Below, piece by piece: positions 1-9,049 of a stretch of DNA of 64,000 nucleotides. The stretch is taken from positions 288,001-352,000 of the forward strand of contig CAXWPJ010000010.1 of NCBI GenBank assembly GCA_963664115.2, read 5' to 3'. Source of the stretch: Terriglobia bacterium (GTDB taxonomy: Bacteria > Acidobacteriota > Terriglobia > 20CM-2-55-15). A model generated the notes under the pieces. The model saw nothing but the letters and a program-made list of their open reading frames with translations. It did no database searches and was not told the origin of the DNA. A program made the position numbers and the translations under genes. Every line of letters begins with the position of its first letter. Position 1 is the stretch's first letter.

Positions 1-359
1 ATTCCGCAGAACTGGCCGGCGTTGTACCCGGCGTCGGTAAACATCTGTGCAGCGCGCGACGCGCGCCCGCCTGAGCCTCAGTAAAAAACCAGTTCGATAT
101 CCTTCGGGATGTCGGCCATCCGGGCTTCGAGCTCACCCATCGGGATGTGAATCGCGCTTTTGATCGCGCCATTGGCTTCGAGCTCCCAGTCTTCGCGGAC
201 ATCAATCAGGAGAAAGGTATCCCCGCTTTCGAGCTTGTCTTTGAGAGTGGGGATTGCAATGCGTTCGATATCGGCACTTTGCTGGGCCTGGGCAAGACCG
301 GCGACACCGACTATCGCGATCCACACCGCCCCAAGGACTCCAATCCATCGCTGCGACAT
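1..359 (-). CDS. Secreted rhodanese-domain protein, probable selenoprotein (in-frame TGA at 78-80); 3' end runs off the window
   Basis: SD GAGGAGG upstream of ATG 359; signal peptide MSQRWIGVLGAVW..AQA; LIDVRE rhodanese motif; frame continues past TGA as VFY-(TGA)-GSGGRASRAAQMFTDAGY, the rhodanese active-site loop. Confidence 0.8.
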
Positions 360-539
360 TCTTGACCCTCCTCGATTGTTATTCGACACTCTGAACACCG
401 GCATTATAGCGAGATTCGACGGACCTACAAACAAGTCGTCGACTCCATAGGATATTTGTCTGACAATAACGAGGATCAAAGAAAGACCGATTTCCGGATG
501 ATCGTTGGCTCGTACTACAGACTCACATTGGACCACACT

Positions 540-1430
540 ATGAAACGACACTATGTAGCCACTATTGACGCGAGCCGGTTCCAGACACCGGAACACTACA
601 AATCCCACTCTTCAGGATATACACGCCTCGCTCTCATTGACCACACGATCGATCCGTCGTCCGTACATATGGAACTGGCTCTTGCCGAAATCGAACCCGG
701 CGGGCATCTCGATCCTGTCGCGCACGCCTTCGAAAAAGGATTCTATGTGCTGGCTGGGACCGTCATCGCTGAAATAGACGGCCGCACCGCGGCGCTGCCC
801 CCGGATCATTACGGTCTCATCCCTTTAGGCGTGACGTATGCAATGGTCAACGCGGGATCGGAACCGGCGCGTCTCCTGGAAATGATCGCGCCACAAACGA
901 AGCCGGCCGATGACATGTTCAAGGACACCTACTTTCACAAGGATGGCGTTGGGCCGACCTCGGGCACGGTAGCTGACCTGTCCGACCCGCGCGTGTCAAA
1001 GTACCTGGGCAAGTTCGAGGAGTCGCAGTTGCCTGAATCGGGAGAAATAGCGGCCGTGGGAGCCCGCAGCGGGTCGATCACCGGCGTCGCCATCAAAGAA
1101 ATGATCGACCGCATGCTGGGCGCCGAGCACATGGCTATGTTCATGGTGCAGTTTCGTCCCGGAGGCATCGGCACCCAGCACGATCATGCGTTTGAGGAAT
1201 CTTACTTCTTCCTCTCAGGTGAGGCAGAAGCGGTATTGAACGGGACAACGTATCGCGTCAAGGCAGGAGACATCGTGTGGACAGGCGTCGGTTGCATGCA
1301 CAGCTTTGAGAATGTCGGAGATAAACCGGTGCGATGGATCGAGACACAGGCGCCCCTGCCGACCCAGACAGAGGCCTTTCGTTTCCGGCGTGAATGGGAA
1401 CCGGTCGCCAGGAAGATTGAGCAGTCTTAA
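540..1430 (+). CDS. Bicupin (two cupin domains) protein
   Basis: Two cupin motifs (HAFEKGFYVLAG; HDHAFEESYFFLSG...HSFEN); start at ATG 540 inferred. Confidence 0.8.
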   Translation: MKRHYVATIDASRFQTPEHYKSHSSGYTRLALIDHTIDPSSVHMELALAEIEPGGHLDPVAHAFEKGFYVLAGTVIAEIDGRTAALPPDHYGLIPLGVTYAMVNAGSEPARLLEMIAPQTKPADDMFKDTYFHKDGVGPTSGTVADLSDPRVSKYLGKFEESQLPESGEIAAVGARSGSITGVAIKEMIDRMLGAEHMAMFMVQFRPGGIGTQHDHAFEESYFFLSGEAEAVLNGTTYRVKAGDIVWTGVGCMHSFENVGDKPVRWIETQAPLPTQTEAFRFRREWEPVARKIEQS

Positions 1431-1541
1431 TCGCTTTTCCACCTGCACATAACACGAGGTCGGGGGGGCCCGTTCCGTACCGTCGTCGCATCAGCAAATC
1501 GGGCCGGCTCGTCGCCGGCTGCGGCGGACCATCAGATACTG

Positions 1542-1970
1542 TCAGCCTTTGTTAACCATCCATGCGGAGAAGCTTTCGAGGAAAGCCCTGAAGCCGTCGA
1601 GGTGCTCGAGGGGGAAGTTGTATTGCTCATGCGCGCGGCTCAGCGTCTTCTCGAAACATGCGAGCCAGACCTCACGTGCCTCCGCATCGATCTCAAACGG
1701 AAGATGTCTCGCTCTCATGCGGGGCGGCCCGTACTTTTCAAAGTAGAGCGGGGGTCCTCCCATGAGCGTCACGAAGAAGGACGCCGATTTCTTCGACGCT
1801 TCCTCCATGTCGTCGGGAAAGAGATGCCGGAGCTCGGACTTCTCCAGTTCTCCGTAGAAGTCGGACATCAACCTGAAGATGTTCCCCTCGCCCATAATAT
1901 TGTAGATGTCCTTGCTGGGTCCGGGTCCCTGAGGCGGCCCACCGGGAGGCGTATAGATGATTCGGTCCAT
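1542..1970 (-). CDS. Truncated hemoglobin (group II-like)
   Basis: LMGGPPLY, GPPRMRARHLPFEI and WLACF motifs typical of GlbO-type globins. Confidence 0.85.
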   Translation of the reverse strand: MDRIIYTPPGGPPQGPGPSKDIYNIMGEGNIFRLMSDFYGELEKSELRHLFPDDMEEASKKSASFFVTLMGGPPLYFEKYGPPRMRARHLPFEIDAEAREVWLACFEKTLSRAHEQYNFPLEHLDGFRAFLESFSAWMVNKG

Positions 1971-1993
1971 TTCGACCCTTTTGCAGTGAAGCC

Positions 1994-2024
1994 AAAACGG
2001 GCCCCCGTAGAGGCCCGTTCTTTT
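1994..2024 (-). terminator. Intrinsic terminator hairpin downstream of the MBL-fold gene
   Basis: Minus strand AACGGGCCTC-TACG-GGGGCCCGTT followed by T's; UNCG-type loop. Confidence 0.6.
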
Positions 2025-2067
2025 CTGTCATCGTGAGGCGATCAATCAGCAATCCGCTGACGGCTCT

Positions 2068-3102
2068 TTAATTACCGGAGAGTTCCCTGTACGCTCCGGC
2101 GATATTTTGCGGGCGCTGGGCTGCGAAGAACTCCCAATGGTCGTAGTCTTCGAGCCTGATACTCTCGCGTGCTTCGTCGAGACTCTGTCCCGCGGCTATC
2201 GCGGCAGCGACTTGTGCCCTCACTTCCTCGCGATACTCAAGATTGTTGGTGAAGTCTTCGTGCCGGCCCAGTTTTCCGTGGCTACAAATGAAATGATCGA
2301 AGTCCATGGCGGCCACCTGCTTGACCAATTCAATTTCGCTGGCGGTTGAAACTGCCGGGCCGAAAGGTGTCCGGTCGATCGTGACCCAGTCCGACGCGAA
2401 AAGCACGTTCGTACCGTCAACGAACCGGACGATCGTATTGTCATCGGCGTGAGCGACCGGGAAGGGGATGACCTCGACGAGTTTACCGCCCAAACGAATA
2501 TTGAGGGGTTCCGTATAGGTCAAGTCCGGAGGAACAACGTTCTTGAACGGACCACGCGTCACTTCCGCACCGCTGAGCACGCCATCTTCGTTGTCATCAT
2601 ACAAATCGAACTGTCGCCCCAGGTTTCCCATGGCTTCGGTATATTCGAGGCGGCCATTGCCGTTGGCGTCCTGTTCCCGGAACCGTTCCGGGAGCGCTGT
2701 ATTCGCTGGCGGCATTTCCAGATGCCCGATCATGTTCTCGTGGCCGATCAATCGCGCGGTATCCGCCCATATGGCGGCACCGGAGCCGTGGTCATAGTGG
2801 TGATGGCTGTAAATGACATACTTCACCGGCACATCGAATCTCTCTGTCAATTCGCCCTTGAGCCAGCGCGCCATGTCCAGGCCGATCGGTTCAACGAGAA
2901 TGATGCCGTCGGGGGTGACCATGAAGACCGAGACGTAATCGTCCTGCCGTGCGTAATAAACGTCACCCGTCAAATTCCCGATCTCTCGTCCCTGGTACTG
3001 GGTCTGCTGAACGAGGCGGCGATCCTGAGCGCCGGCCGACGGCGTGAGCAGTGTCAGGGCCAAACACCCGACAAGTAAAACTACTAAGCAACTACCCTTC
3101 AT
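2068..3102 (-). CDS. Secreted MBL-fold metallo-hydrolase with EF-hand-like insertion
   Basis: Signal peptide; SHHHYDH metal motif, later H, D and H ligands; DANGNGRLEYTE and DDNEDGVLSGAE loops. Confidence 0.8.
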   Translation of the reverse strand: MKGSCLVVLLVGCLALTLLTPSAGAQDRRLVQQTQYQGREIGNLTGDVYYARQDDYVSVFMVTPDGIILVEPIGLDMARWLKGELTERFDVPVKYVIYSHHHYDHGSGAAIWADTARLIGHENMIGHLEMPPANTALPERFREQDANGNGRLEYTEAMGNLGRQFDLYDDNEDGVLSGAEVTRGPFKNVVPPDLTYTEPLNIRLGGKLVEVIPFPVAHADDNTIVRFVDGTNVLFASDWVTIDRTPFGPAVSTASEIELVKQVAAMDFDHFICSHGKLGRHEDFTNNLEYREEVRAQVAAAIAAGQSLDEARESIRLEDYDHWEFFAAQRPQNIAGAYRELSGN

Positions 3103-3250
3103 ATCGTCTCCTGTTTGAATCGATTGTCTTTGCGCTTCGTCATCCGGCTTCCCCGCCGCAACCTGAGATACTACCTCAATACGCTATGGGCAGCGCCTCT
3201 CCTAATTTCTGATCTGTTTCTTCAGAGCCGTCTGCACCATCACGGCACTC

Positions 3251-4318
3251 TCAAGGAGAACTCCGCATTTCTCTGAGCCGGGCCAACTCCTGTCCATAGG
3301 CAATCGCAGCCTCTATGAGCGTGTCGACGATAGCCAGAGGCTCCGTTTCCCCGGCCCCGTCGGGGAAAACACCCGAAACTTCCTCCATGGCTGGAGCGTA
3401 TTCCCGCATGAAATCGAGCCACCCGTCGAGGGCAGAAAGATTCTCGTTCCGCGGAGTATCACCATCAGCAGACACCGCAAGCGCGTCGATCTCAGCCCTG
3501 GCGGGCTCTCTGCTGCCTGAATCCGCCAGCTGCACGAGGGCAGCTTCGGCGCGCTCCACACTGCCGCGGCCGGCGTAGGCGCGCGCAACCTCACGCAATG
3601 CATCGTCACGAGCGCTTCGGTCAGCATTGATCGCACCGGCCGTATTGAGAGCGTCCTCGAGATCTCCAGCCGCCAGCTGTACCTGCAGAATTCTTTGGAG
3701 CACATCCGTTCTTTCCTGCTCCCCCTGCCCTGGGGCGCAGCGCACACAGAAACCCGGAATTTCGTCTGCGGTCATCAGCGCCTGGGGAGCCATCACCCGG
3801 GACCGCGCTTGAGCTTGAGCGATTCGGTCATACGCTGTCATCCGGTCGTTTGGACCGCCGGAATCCGCCTGGAGTTCTGTGGCACGCTTAGCGCTCTGGA
3901 ACAAGTCCGCCAAGCGAGAGAAGGCCGCACTGTCGAGGTCCCCGATTCGAACCTTCGTCTGCAGGACGTTGGGGGCTTCGGGCGCGGCCGCCACATAAGT
4001 GCTCAGCCAGCCCATCGCCAGGAGTTCGTTGAAAGCTGAGAAATCATAGGAGAGTGCCAGATTATAAACAATGGCCGGAGCTGTGGGTGCAGCCGCCTGG
4101 ACCACAACCAGGTTGCGGATTGCCGCGTCCCAGTCCCCCTGGCGGAAGGCATCGAGCCCTCGATCCCAAGAAGCCCGCGCATCCTCGGGCAAGTCCTCGG
4201 GAATCTGCGCGAAACCGGAGTTCCACCCTAGAAAAACCAGCATGACAAGCGCTCCCAAGCTATACCATCGGCTGGATGCGACAGTCGCGTTCGCGTAACG
4301 AACCGTTTCTAGCTGCAT
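3251..4318 (-). CDS. Exported TPR/helical-repeat protein
   Basis: N-terminal hydrophobic segment, TPR-like repeats (GDWDAAIRNL..., YNLALSY). Confidence 0.6.
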   Translation of the reverse strand: MQLETVRYANATVASSRWYSLGALVMLVFLGWNSGFAQIPEDLPEDARASWDRGLDAFRQGDWDAAIRNLVVVQAAAPTAPAIVYNLALSYDFSAFNELLAMGWLSTYVAAAPEAPNVLQTKVRIGDLDSAAFSRLADLFQSAKRATELQADSGGPNDRMTAYDRIAQAQARSRVMAPQALMTADEIPGFCVRCAPGQGEQERTDVLQRILQVQLAAGDLEDALNTAGAINADRSARDDALREVARAYAGRGSVERAEAALVQLADSGSREPARAEIDALAVSADGDTPRNENLSALDGWLDFMREYAPAMEEVSGVFPDGAGETEPLAIVDTLIEAAIAYGQELARLREMRSSP

Positions 4319-4538
4319 GGCCTCTCTTAACGCCTCGAACTCAGCTGCCGGACGTAGCTGACCTCATGGCTTGCTACCGCGTAGTGGGGTTGTTTCAACC
4401 GTAGATGCAGTCTGAGAGCGCACCCACAACAGTAGGATGGCGATCCATTGTGAAATGACCGACTACGGTTACGGCTATGAATTGTTGAAGGTACCCCCAC
4501 GCGCGCTCGTGGGTCAAGCACTCCAAATTGGGGGAGGG

Positions 4539-4642
4539 GGAAGGGGCGGACACTTCATGCGACATTGTGGCCCGGCAAGTGTATTTCGGCTGAAGTTTCC
4601 GTCCCTTCAGCACTCTGTCGCATGAAGTGTCCGTCCCCTTCC
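4539..4642. repeat. GGGG(A)CGGACAC-tipped palindrome (family E, copy 1)
   Basis: GGAAGGGGCGGACACTTCATGCGACA ... TGTCGCATGAAGTGTCCGTCCCCTTCC with an internal third arm at 4591-4608. Confidence 0.75.
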
Positions 4643-4688
4643 GCGTAATTGACGTCTTCGGCCGGGAACATCGCTGTAAAATGAATTC

Positions 4689-5492
4689 ATGCGCCCAAGC
4701 GCTCGTTCACTCAGATTCCTGGTCGGGGCCGGCCTTCTGCTTGCGCCTGTCGCGTCGGTAGCGCGACAGACCCCGCAGATACGAGAAAAAACGCACCTTG
4801 AGGAAGTCGAACAACTGCTTTTTGACCACGTGAACGCGGAGCGTGTGCGCGAGGGACTTAATCCACTGCGGACCGAACTCATCCTCGTCGAAATTGCCCG
4901 TAGCCACACACTGGACATGTTGGAACGGGAGTTCTTCGATCATGAGAATCCCGACGGTCAAGGGCCGGCGGCGCGCGTTGGCCGCTTACATCGGACGCTT
5001 GTCGGCGAGGTTTCGGAAAATGTCTGGACCGAAATCCGGTCGGAAGCTATAGACCCGGCTGCAATGGCGAAAAACATCATGGAGGGACTGATGAATAGTC
5101 CCGGACATCGAAGAAACATACTGACGCCTGCTCTGACCCATTTGGGGCTCGGGGTTTACTCTTCGAGTGGACTGGCCGTGATGACGACCGAATTCATGGT
5201 GACGCAACTCTTCGGGGCGGTCCGGAGTTATTTAGAGGAACCCCTTCCAGAAAGCCTTTTGCTCAACCAGGTCGTGCGTTTCAGATTGCGGGATCTGGCG
5301 AGCGATCGTACAGACGCTGAGTACTACGACCTGTGGTCCCCGGAGGAGCAGCGCCCGGTCATCGGACCCACCCCTATAGGCCGGTCGAGGTTGGAGGTCT
5401 CTGCTGGAACCTTTCAGTTGCGCTTCCTCTACCCGAGCTCCCAGCAGGGCCAGTTCGATGCCGTCTCCGCACCCTACGTCACGGTTCGTTAG
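4689..5492 (+). CDS. CAP/SCP-domain exported protein
   Basis: VNAERVREGL, ARSHTLDM..FFDH, ENV and LMNSPGHRRNIL motifs. Confidence 0.85.
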   Translation: MRPSARSLRFLVGAGLLLAPVASVARQTPQIREKTHLEEVEQLLFDHVNAERVREGLNPLRTELILVEIARSHTLDMLEREFFDHENPDGQGPAARVGRLHRTLVGEVSENVWTEIRSEAIDPAAMAKNIMEGLMNSPGHRRNILTPALTHLGLGVYSSSGLAVMTTEFMVTQLFGAVRSYLEEPLPESLLLNQVVRFRLRDLASDRTDAEYYDLWSPEEQRPVIGPTPIGRSRLEVSAGTFQLRFLYPSSQQGQFDAVSAPYVTVR

Positions 5493-5720
5493 TGTCCTCG
5501 GATCGACGTTCTCCATATAAGATTTCGCGCTAGCGGGATTAGTCCCGGTTATCAATAACATCCGGACGTGTTTTCTGAAAAATCATCGGGGCTTTCGAAA
5601 ATTCTAACAACCGGATAGACTCCTATGTTCCGTCCAACACCTCGGACGAGATCCCCATTGGAGATGGAGGCGCCGATCCGGTCGGTTGCTTCTCATAAAA
5701 CAGTTCAAGGAGAAAGTCTG

Positions 5721-6869
5721 GTGAGTGAATCACGACGATTATTTACTTCGGAGTCTGTGACCGAAGGACACCCGGACAAGATGGCCGACCAGATTTCGGA
5801 TGCGATCCTGGATCAGGTGATGGCAGAGGACCCCATGGGTCGCGTCGCCTGCGAAACGATGGTAGCCACCGGATATGCCCTGGTGGCTGGAGAGATTACG
5901 ACGAAGTGCTTTATCGATTATGAACACCTGGTGCGTGACACCGTTGAAAGTATCGGTTACGTAGATGCCGCAACCGGATTCGATTCGAAAACGTGCGCCG
6001 TCATGTCGGCCGTTGGGCGTCAGTCACCGGACATTGCCATGGGCGTGGATACTGGAGGGGCGGGAGACCAGGGGATGATGTTCGGCTATGCCACCGACGA
6101 GTCACCCGAATTGATGCCAACCCCTATTCTCCTGGCCCACAAGCTCACCGCCAAGCTCGCTGAAATTCGAAAGTCCGGCCTGCTTCCCTTCCTGAGACCC
6201 GACGGGAAATCGCAGGTCACTGTGGAATATGACGGCGAAACCCCCAAGCGCGTCGACACCGTCGTTATATCGACCCAGCACAATCCGGAAGCGACGTCGA
6301 ACCAGATTCGGGAAGAAATCATCACACACGTTATTAAGACTGTTATCCCGGCCGAGTTGCTCGATTCGGCGACTACATATCACGTGAATCCCACGGGACG
6401 TTTTGTCGTCGGCGGTCCCCAGGGTGACTGCGGCCTGACGGGGCGCAAGATAATCGTCGACACCTACGGTGGGATGGGCCGGCACGGCGGAGGCGCATTC
6501 TCTGGAAAAGATCCGACGAAAGTTGACCGATCGGCCTGTTACATGTCCCGCTACGTAGCCAAGAACGTCGTCGCGGCAGGACTCGCACGGCGGATAGAAA
6601 TTCAGCTCGCATATGCGATCGGCGTCGCCGAGCCCGTATCTGTCCTCGTGGACTCCTTTGGAACCGGCAAACTACCGGACTCCAAGATCTCCGAACTGGT
6701 CCGGGACAATTTCCAACTGACTCCGCGCGGTATCATCGAGTCGCTCGACCTGCGGCGGCCCATTTACCGGAAAACCGCTTCCTATGGACACTTCGGGCGG
6801 GAAGATGCCGACTTCACATGGGAAGCCCGCGACAGGGCGGACGCTCTAAAGCAGGAAGCGAATCTGTAA
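5721..6869 (+). CDS. metK: S-adenosylmethionine synthetase
   Basis: [28 protein letters not shown] motifs; SD AGGAG before GTG 5721. Confidence 0.98.
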   Translation: MSESRRLFTSESVTEGHPDKMADQISDAILDQVMAEDPMGRVACETMVATGYALVAGEITTKCFIDYEHLVRDTVESIGYVDAATGFDSKTCAVMSAVGRQSPDIAMGVDTGGAGDQGMMFGYATDESPELMPTPILLAHKLTAKLAEIRKSGLLPFLRPDGKSQVTVEYDGETPKRVDTVVISTQHNPEATSNQIREEIITHVIKTVIPAELLDSATTYHVNPTGRFVVGGPQGDCGLTGRKIIVDTYGGMGRHGGGAFSGKDPTKVDRSACYMSRYVAKNVVAAGLARRIEIQLAYAIGVAEPVSVLVDSFGTGKLPDSKISELVRDNFQLTPRGIIESLDLRRPIYRKTASYGHFGREDADFTWEARDRADALKQEANL

Positions 6870-6870
6870 G

Positions 6871-6901
6871 AGGGGACGGACACGTCCCTTTGCCGTCCCC
6901 T
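6871..6901. repeat. Family E short hairpin; likely terminator between convergent genes
   Basis: AGGGGACGGACAC...GCCGTCCCCT directly after the metK stop. Confidence 0.65.
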
Positions 6902-6902
6902 T

Positions 6903-8051
6903 TCACCGCAATCCATCCATTATCAGTCTGAAGTGCGTTCCGAGAACACGGCCCTCGCGGGGGGCGCTCATGATGTCGTCGAACGCGGAAGTCAACTCAA
7001 GGATTTCAAATCCCGACTCTCCAAGATCGCGATACCCCCGGACATATCCGTCACGGAACCCCAGAACGTGCCCGAATTCATGCGCGAGTGTCCGCACCGT
7101 GACATCTCCGGGACCCAGCGCGACGTAACGTCCCACAAAACCATGGGTCGCTTCCGCACCGGTCGTCAGCACTGCGCCATCTTCCGGAAAGCGTGAAGCG
7201 TGACTCAGAAGATCGACGGGATCGCCGGGCTCCGGCCCTACAGTCTCCGGATATAGATCAGTGACATCCACCTGCCGAAACTCAATATCAAGCCCATAGA
7301 CGGCCTCGGCCTCCTGAACGCGCCACATGTTCTCGATCGCGTTCTCGACATTTCTCAGAAATGTCACATCCCCAATATCGGTATAGACCGGAACCCGTAA
7401 AACGATAGCGTCGGGCAGATATCCCTCTACACCTACAAACAATGGAACCTCGGGAACCCCGAGGACCGCCTGAATCGCCTCCGTTGTGTCACGATCCCCC
7501 GAGATCATCAGTTCGTAGAGCGTCGTCATTTGATCGAAGCGCGGGCGGTCCCGGGCGATGGCTCGCTGCCAGAGACGGTTGTACTGGATGTATCCGTCAA
7601 TCGTCCGTTGGTTTCTTACGAGCGTGCGATATTCAAGAATGAACTCCTGGATCACATCGGGTGTGACGTTGGGGGCCACCTTTTCGAATTCCTCTGCGAC
7701 ACGTTGAAGCTTTTGAGCTTCGCCATCGACATACTCTCCGGTAATCGGCCAACTGTAAGAGAATGAGGAAACTGGCGCCTCGTTTTCGGAGGAAAAGTCA
7801 TCAACGATTCGTGGTAGCAGCCCATAGCCGAAGACCACAGGCTCCGGCGGTGGATCTTGAAATGTGGCTAAGAGTTCCGGCGCACGGCGGGCTACCGTAG
7901 TCCGAAGGGAAACAAAAAACCGGTCCAGGTTGGCTCGATGGTCGCGGAACTCGGCCTCAACCCTGTCTCCTGCGACGACGTGCGCCGCGGTGATCCCCGC
8001 CTGAGGGGTCCAAAGCAGCCAGAACAAGCCAATTGAACTCAATATCGACAT
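6903..8051 (-). CDS. Putative exported zinc metallopeptidase
   Basis: TLAHEFGHVLGFRDGY zinc motif and downstream DIMS Met-turn; hydrophobic N-terminus; start uncertain. Confidence 0.65.
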   Translation of the reverse strand: MSILSSIGLFWLLWTPQAGITAAHVVAGDRVEAEFRDHRANLDRFFVSLRTTVARRAPELLATFQDPPPEPVVFGYGLLPRIVDDFSSENEAPVSSFSYSWPITGEYVDGEAQKLQRVAEEFEKVAPNVTPDVIQEFILEYRTLVRNQRTIDGYIQYNRLWQRAIARDRPRFDQMTTLYELMISGDRDTTEAIQAVLGVPEVPLFVGVEGYLPDAIVLRVPVYTDIGDVTFLRNVENAIENMWRVQEAEAVYGLDIEFRQVDVTDLYPETVGPEPGDPVDLLSHASRFPEDGAVLTTGAEATHGFVGRYVALGPGDVTVRTLAHEFGHVLGFRDGYVRGYRDLGESGFEILELTSAFDDIMSAPREGRVLGTHFRLIMDGLR

Positions 8052-8400
8052 GGCCTCAATTGTAATCGATCGCGCGGCCTGCACTTGCCCGATGCACCGG
8101 CGGTCAATCTGAGATCAGATCGTTCGAAAACGTTTATCCATAAATCCGCTAAGTACTTGCGTGACCTGCCGAGGCTCAGTATATTGGTCAATTGGCACTG
8201 TCGTGGTGCCGGGTCCGATAACACTCAGGGTGTGATATGGAACACTGCACCGTGTCTAATCAGACCGACAAGATCGATGGAATGAAATTCGAAAAGAGAG
8301 AAGAGTCCCCCGGAAAAATAAAGGTAATCGCACAGGAATTTGCCGAGCCTGGTCGCCGGCAATAACCCGGACCTGATTTTTATTCTTAGCCCTCATAAGA

Positions 8401-9042
8401 GTGAACACGCAAGCTAACAAGAGAATCGGTCGTTGGTGGAAATTCATGCTCGCCGGCGCTGTAATAGCGACCGGCCTTGCGGTGGGGATCATCACCAGTG
8501 ATGGAGTCCTGAGCGGTCAGGAGACCACGCCAACTGAAATCGAATCGCCGGAATCGTCCGTCTTCACGCCTGCGCACCGCTCCCTTGGTGAGGCCGTCCG
8601 GCATTTTCTCGGCATCCGGCCGGAACCGGTACAGCCGATCGCTTACTCGCACCAATTGCATCTGAACGAGGTCGGACTGACGTGTGACTTTTGTCACGAC
8701 AGCGCTGCGCGCGGACCCATTGCGCGCATTCCCAGCGTGGAAACATGCATGTTCTGTCACCTTGGGGTGGCCACTGACAGTCCTGAAATCGAGCTTCTCA
8801 CGTCCTACTACGACAGGGGCGAAGAACCCCCCTGGCAGCGGGTTTACGGATGGACGGAAGAGGCGCACGTCCTGTTCAACCACGCACCCCACATTCGCGC
8901 TGAAGTGGACTGCGCCACCTGTCATGGCGACATGAGGGAAGCGACCGTGACCCAGCGTGTCGTGGATCACTCGATGAGTTTTTGCGTGGACTGTCACAAC
9001 CAGCAGCAGGCCTCCATCGAGTGCTTGACCTGCCACTATTGA
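8401..9042 (+). CDS. Membrane-anchored pentaheme cytochrome c (ActA/QrcA-like)
   Basis: Five CxxCH motifs (CDFCH, CMFCH, CATCH, CVDCH, CLTCH); QPIAYSH and FNHAPH motifs. Confidence 0.9.
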   Translation: MNTQANKRIGRWWKFMLAGAVIATGLAVGIITSDGVLSGQETTPTEIESPESSVFTPAHRSLGEAVRHFLGIRPEPVQPIAYSHQLHLNEVGLTCDFCHDSAARGPIARIPSVETCMFCHLGVATDSPEIELLTSYYDRGEEPPWQRVYGWTEEAHVLFNHAPHIRAEVDCATCHGDMREATVTQRVVDHSMSFCVDCHNQQQASIECLTCHY

Positions 9043-9049
9043 GACGAAA

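Noticed and set aside
5622-5720. SAM riboswitch upstream of metK
   Set aside because: Small hairpins exist but I see no SAM-I or SAM-II consensus; a SahR-like protein nearby offers another explanation
8190-8345. sigma54 promoter (TGGCAC..; TCGCAC..TTTGC) before the respiratory operon
   Set aside because: GG-N10-GC spacing is not met in either candidate
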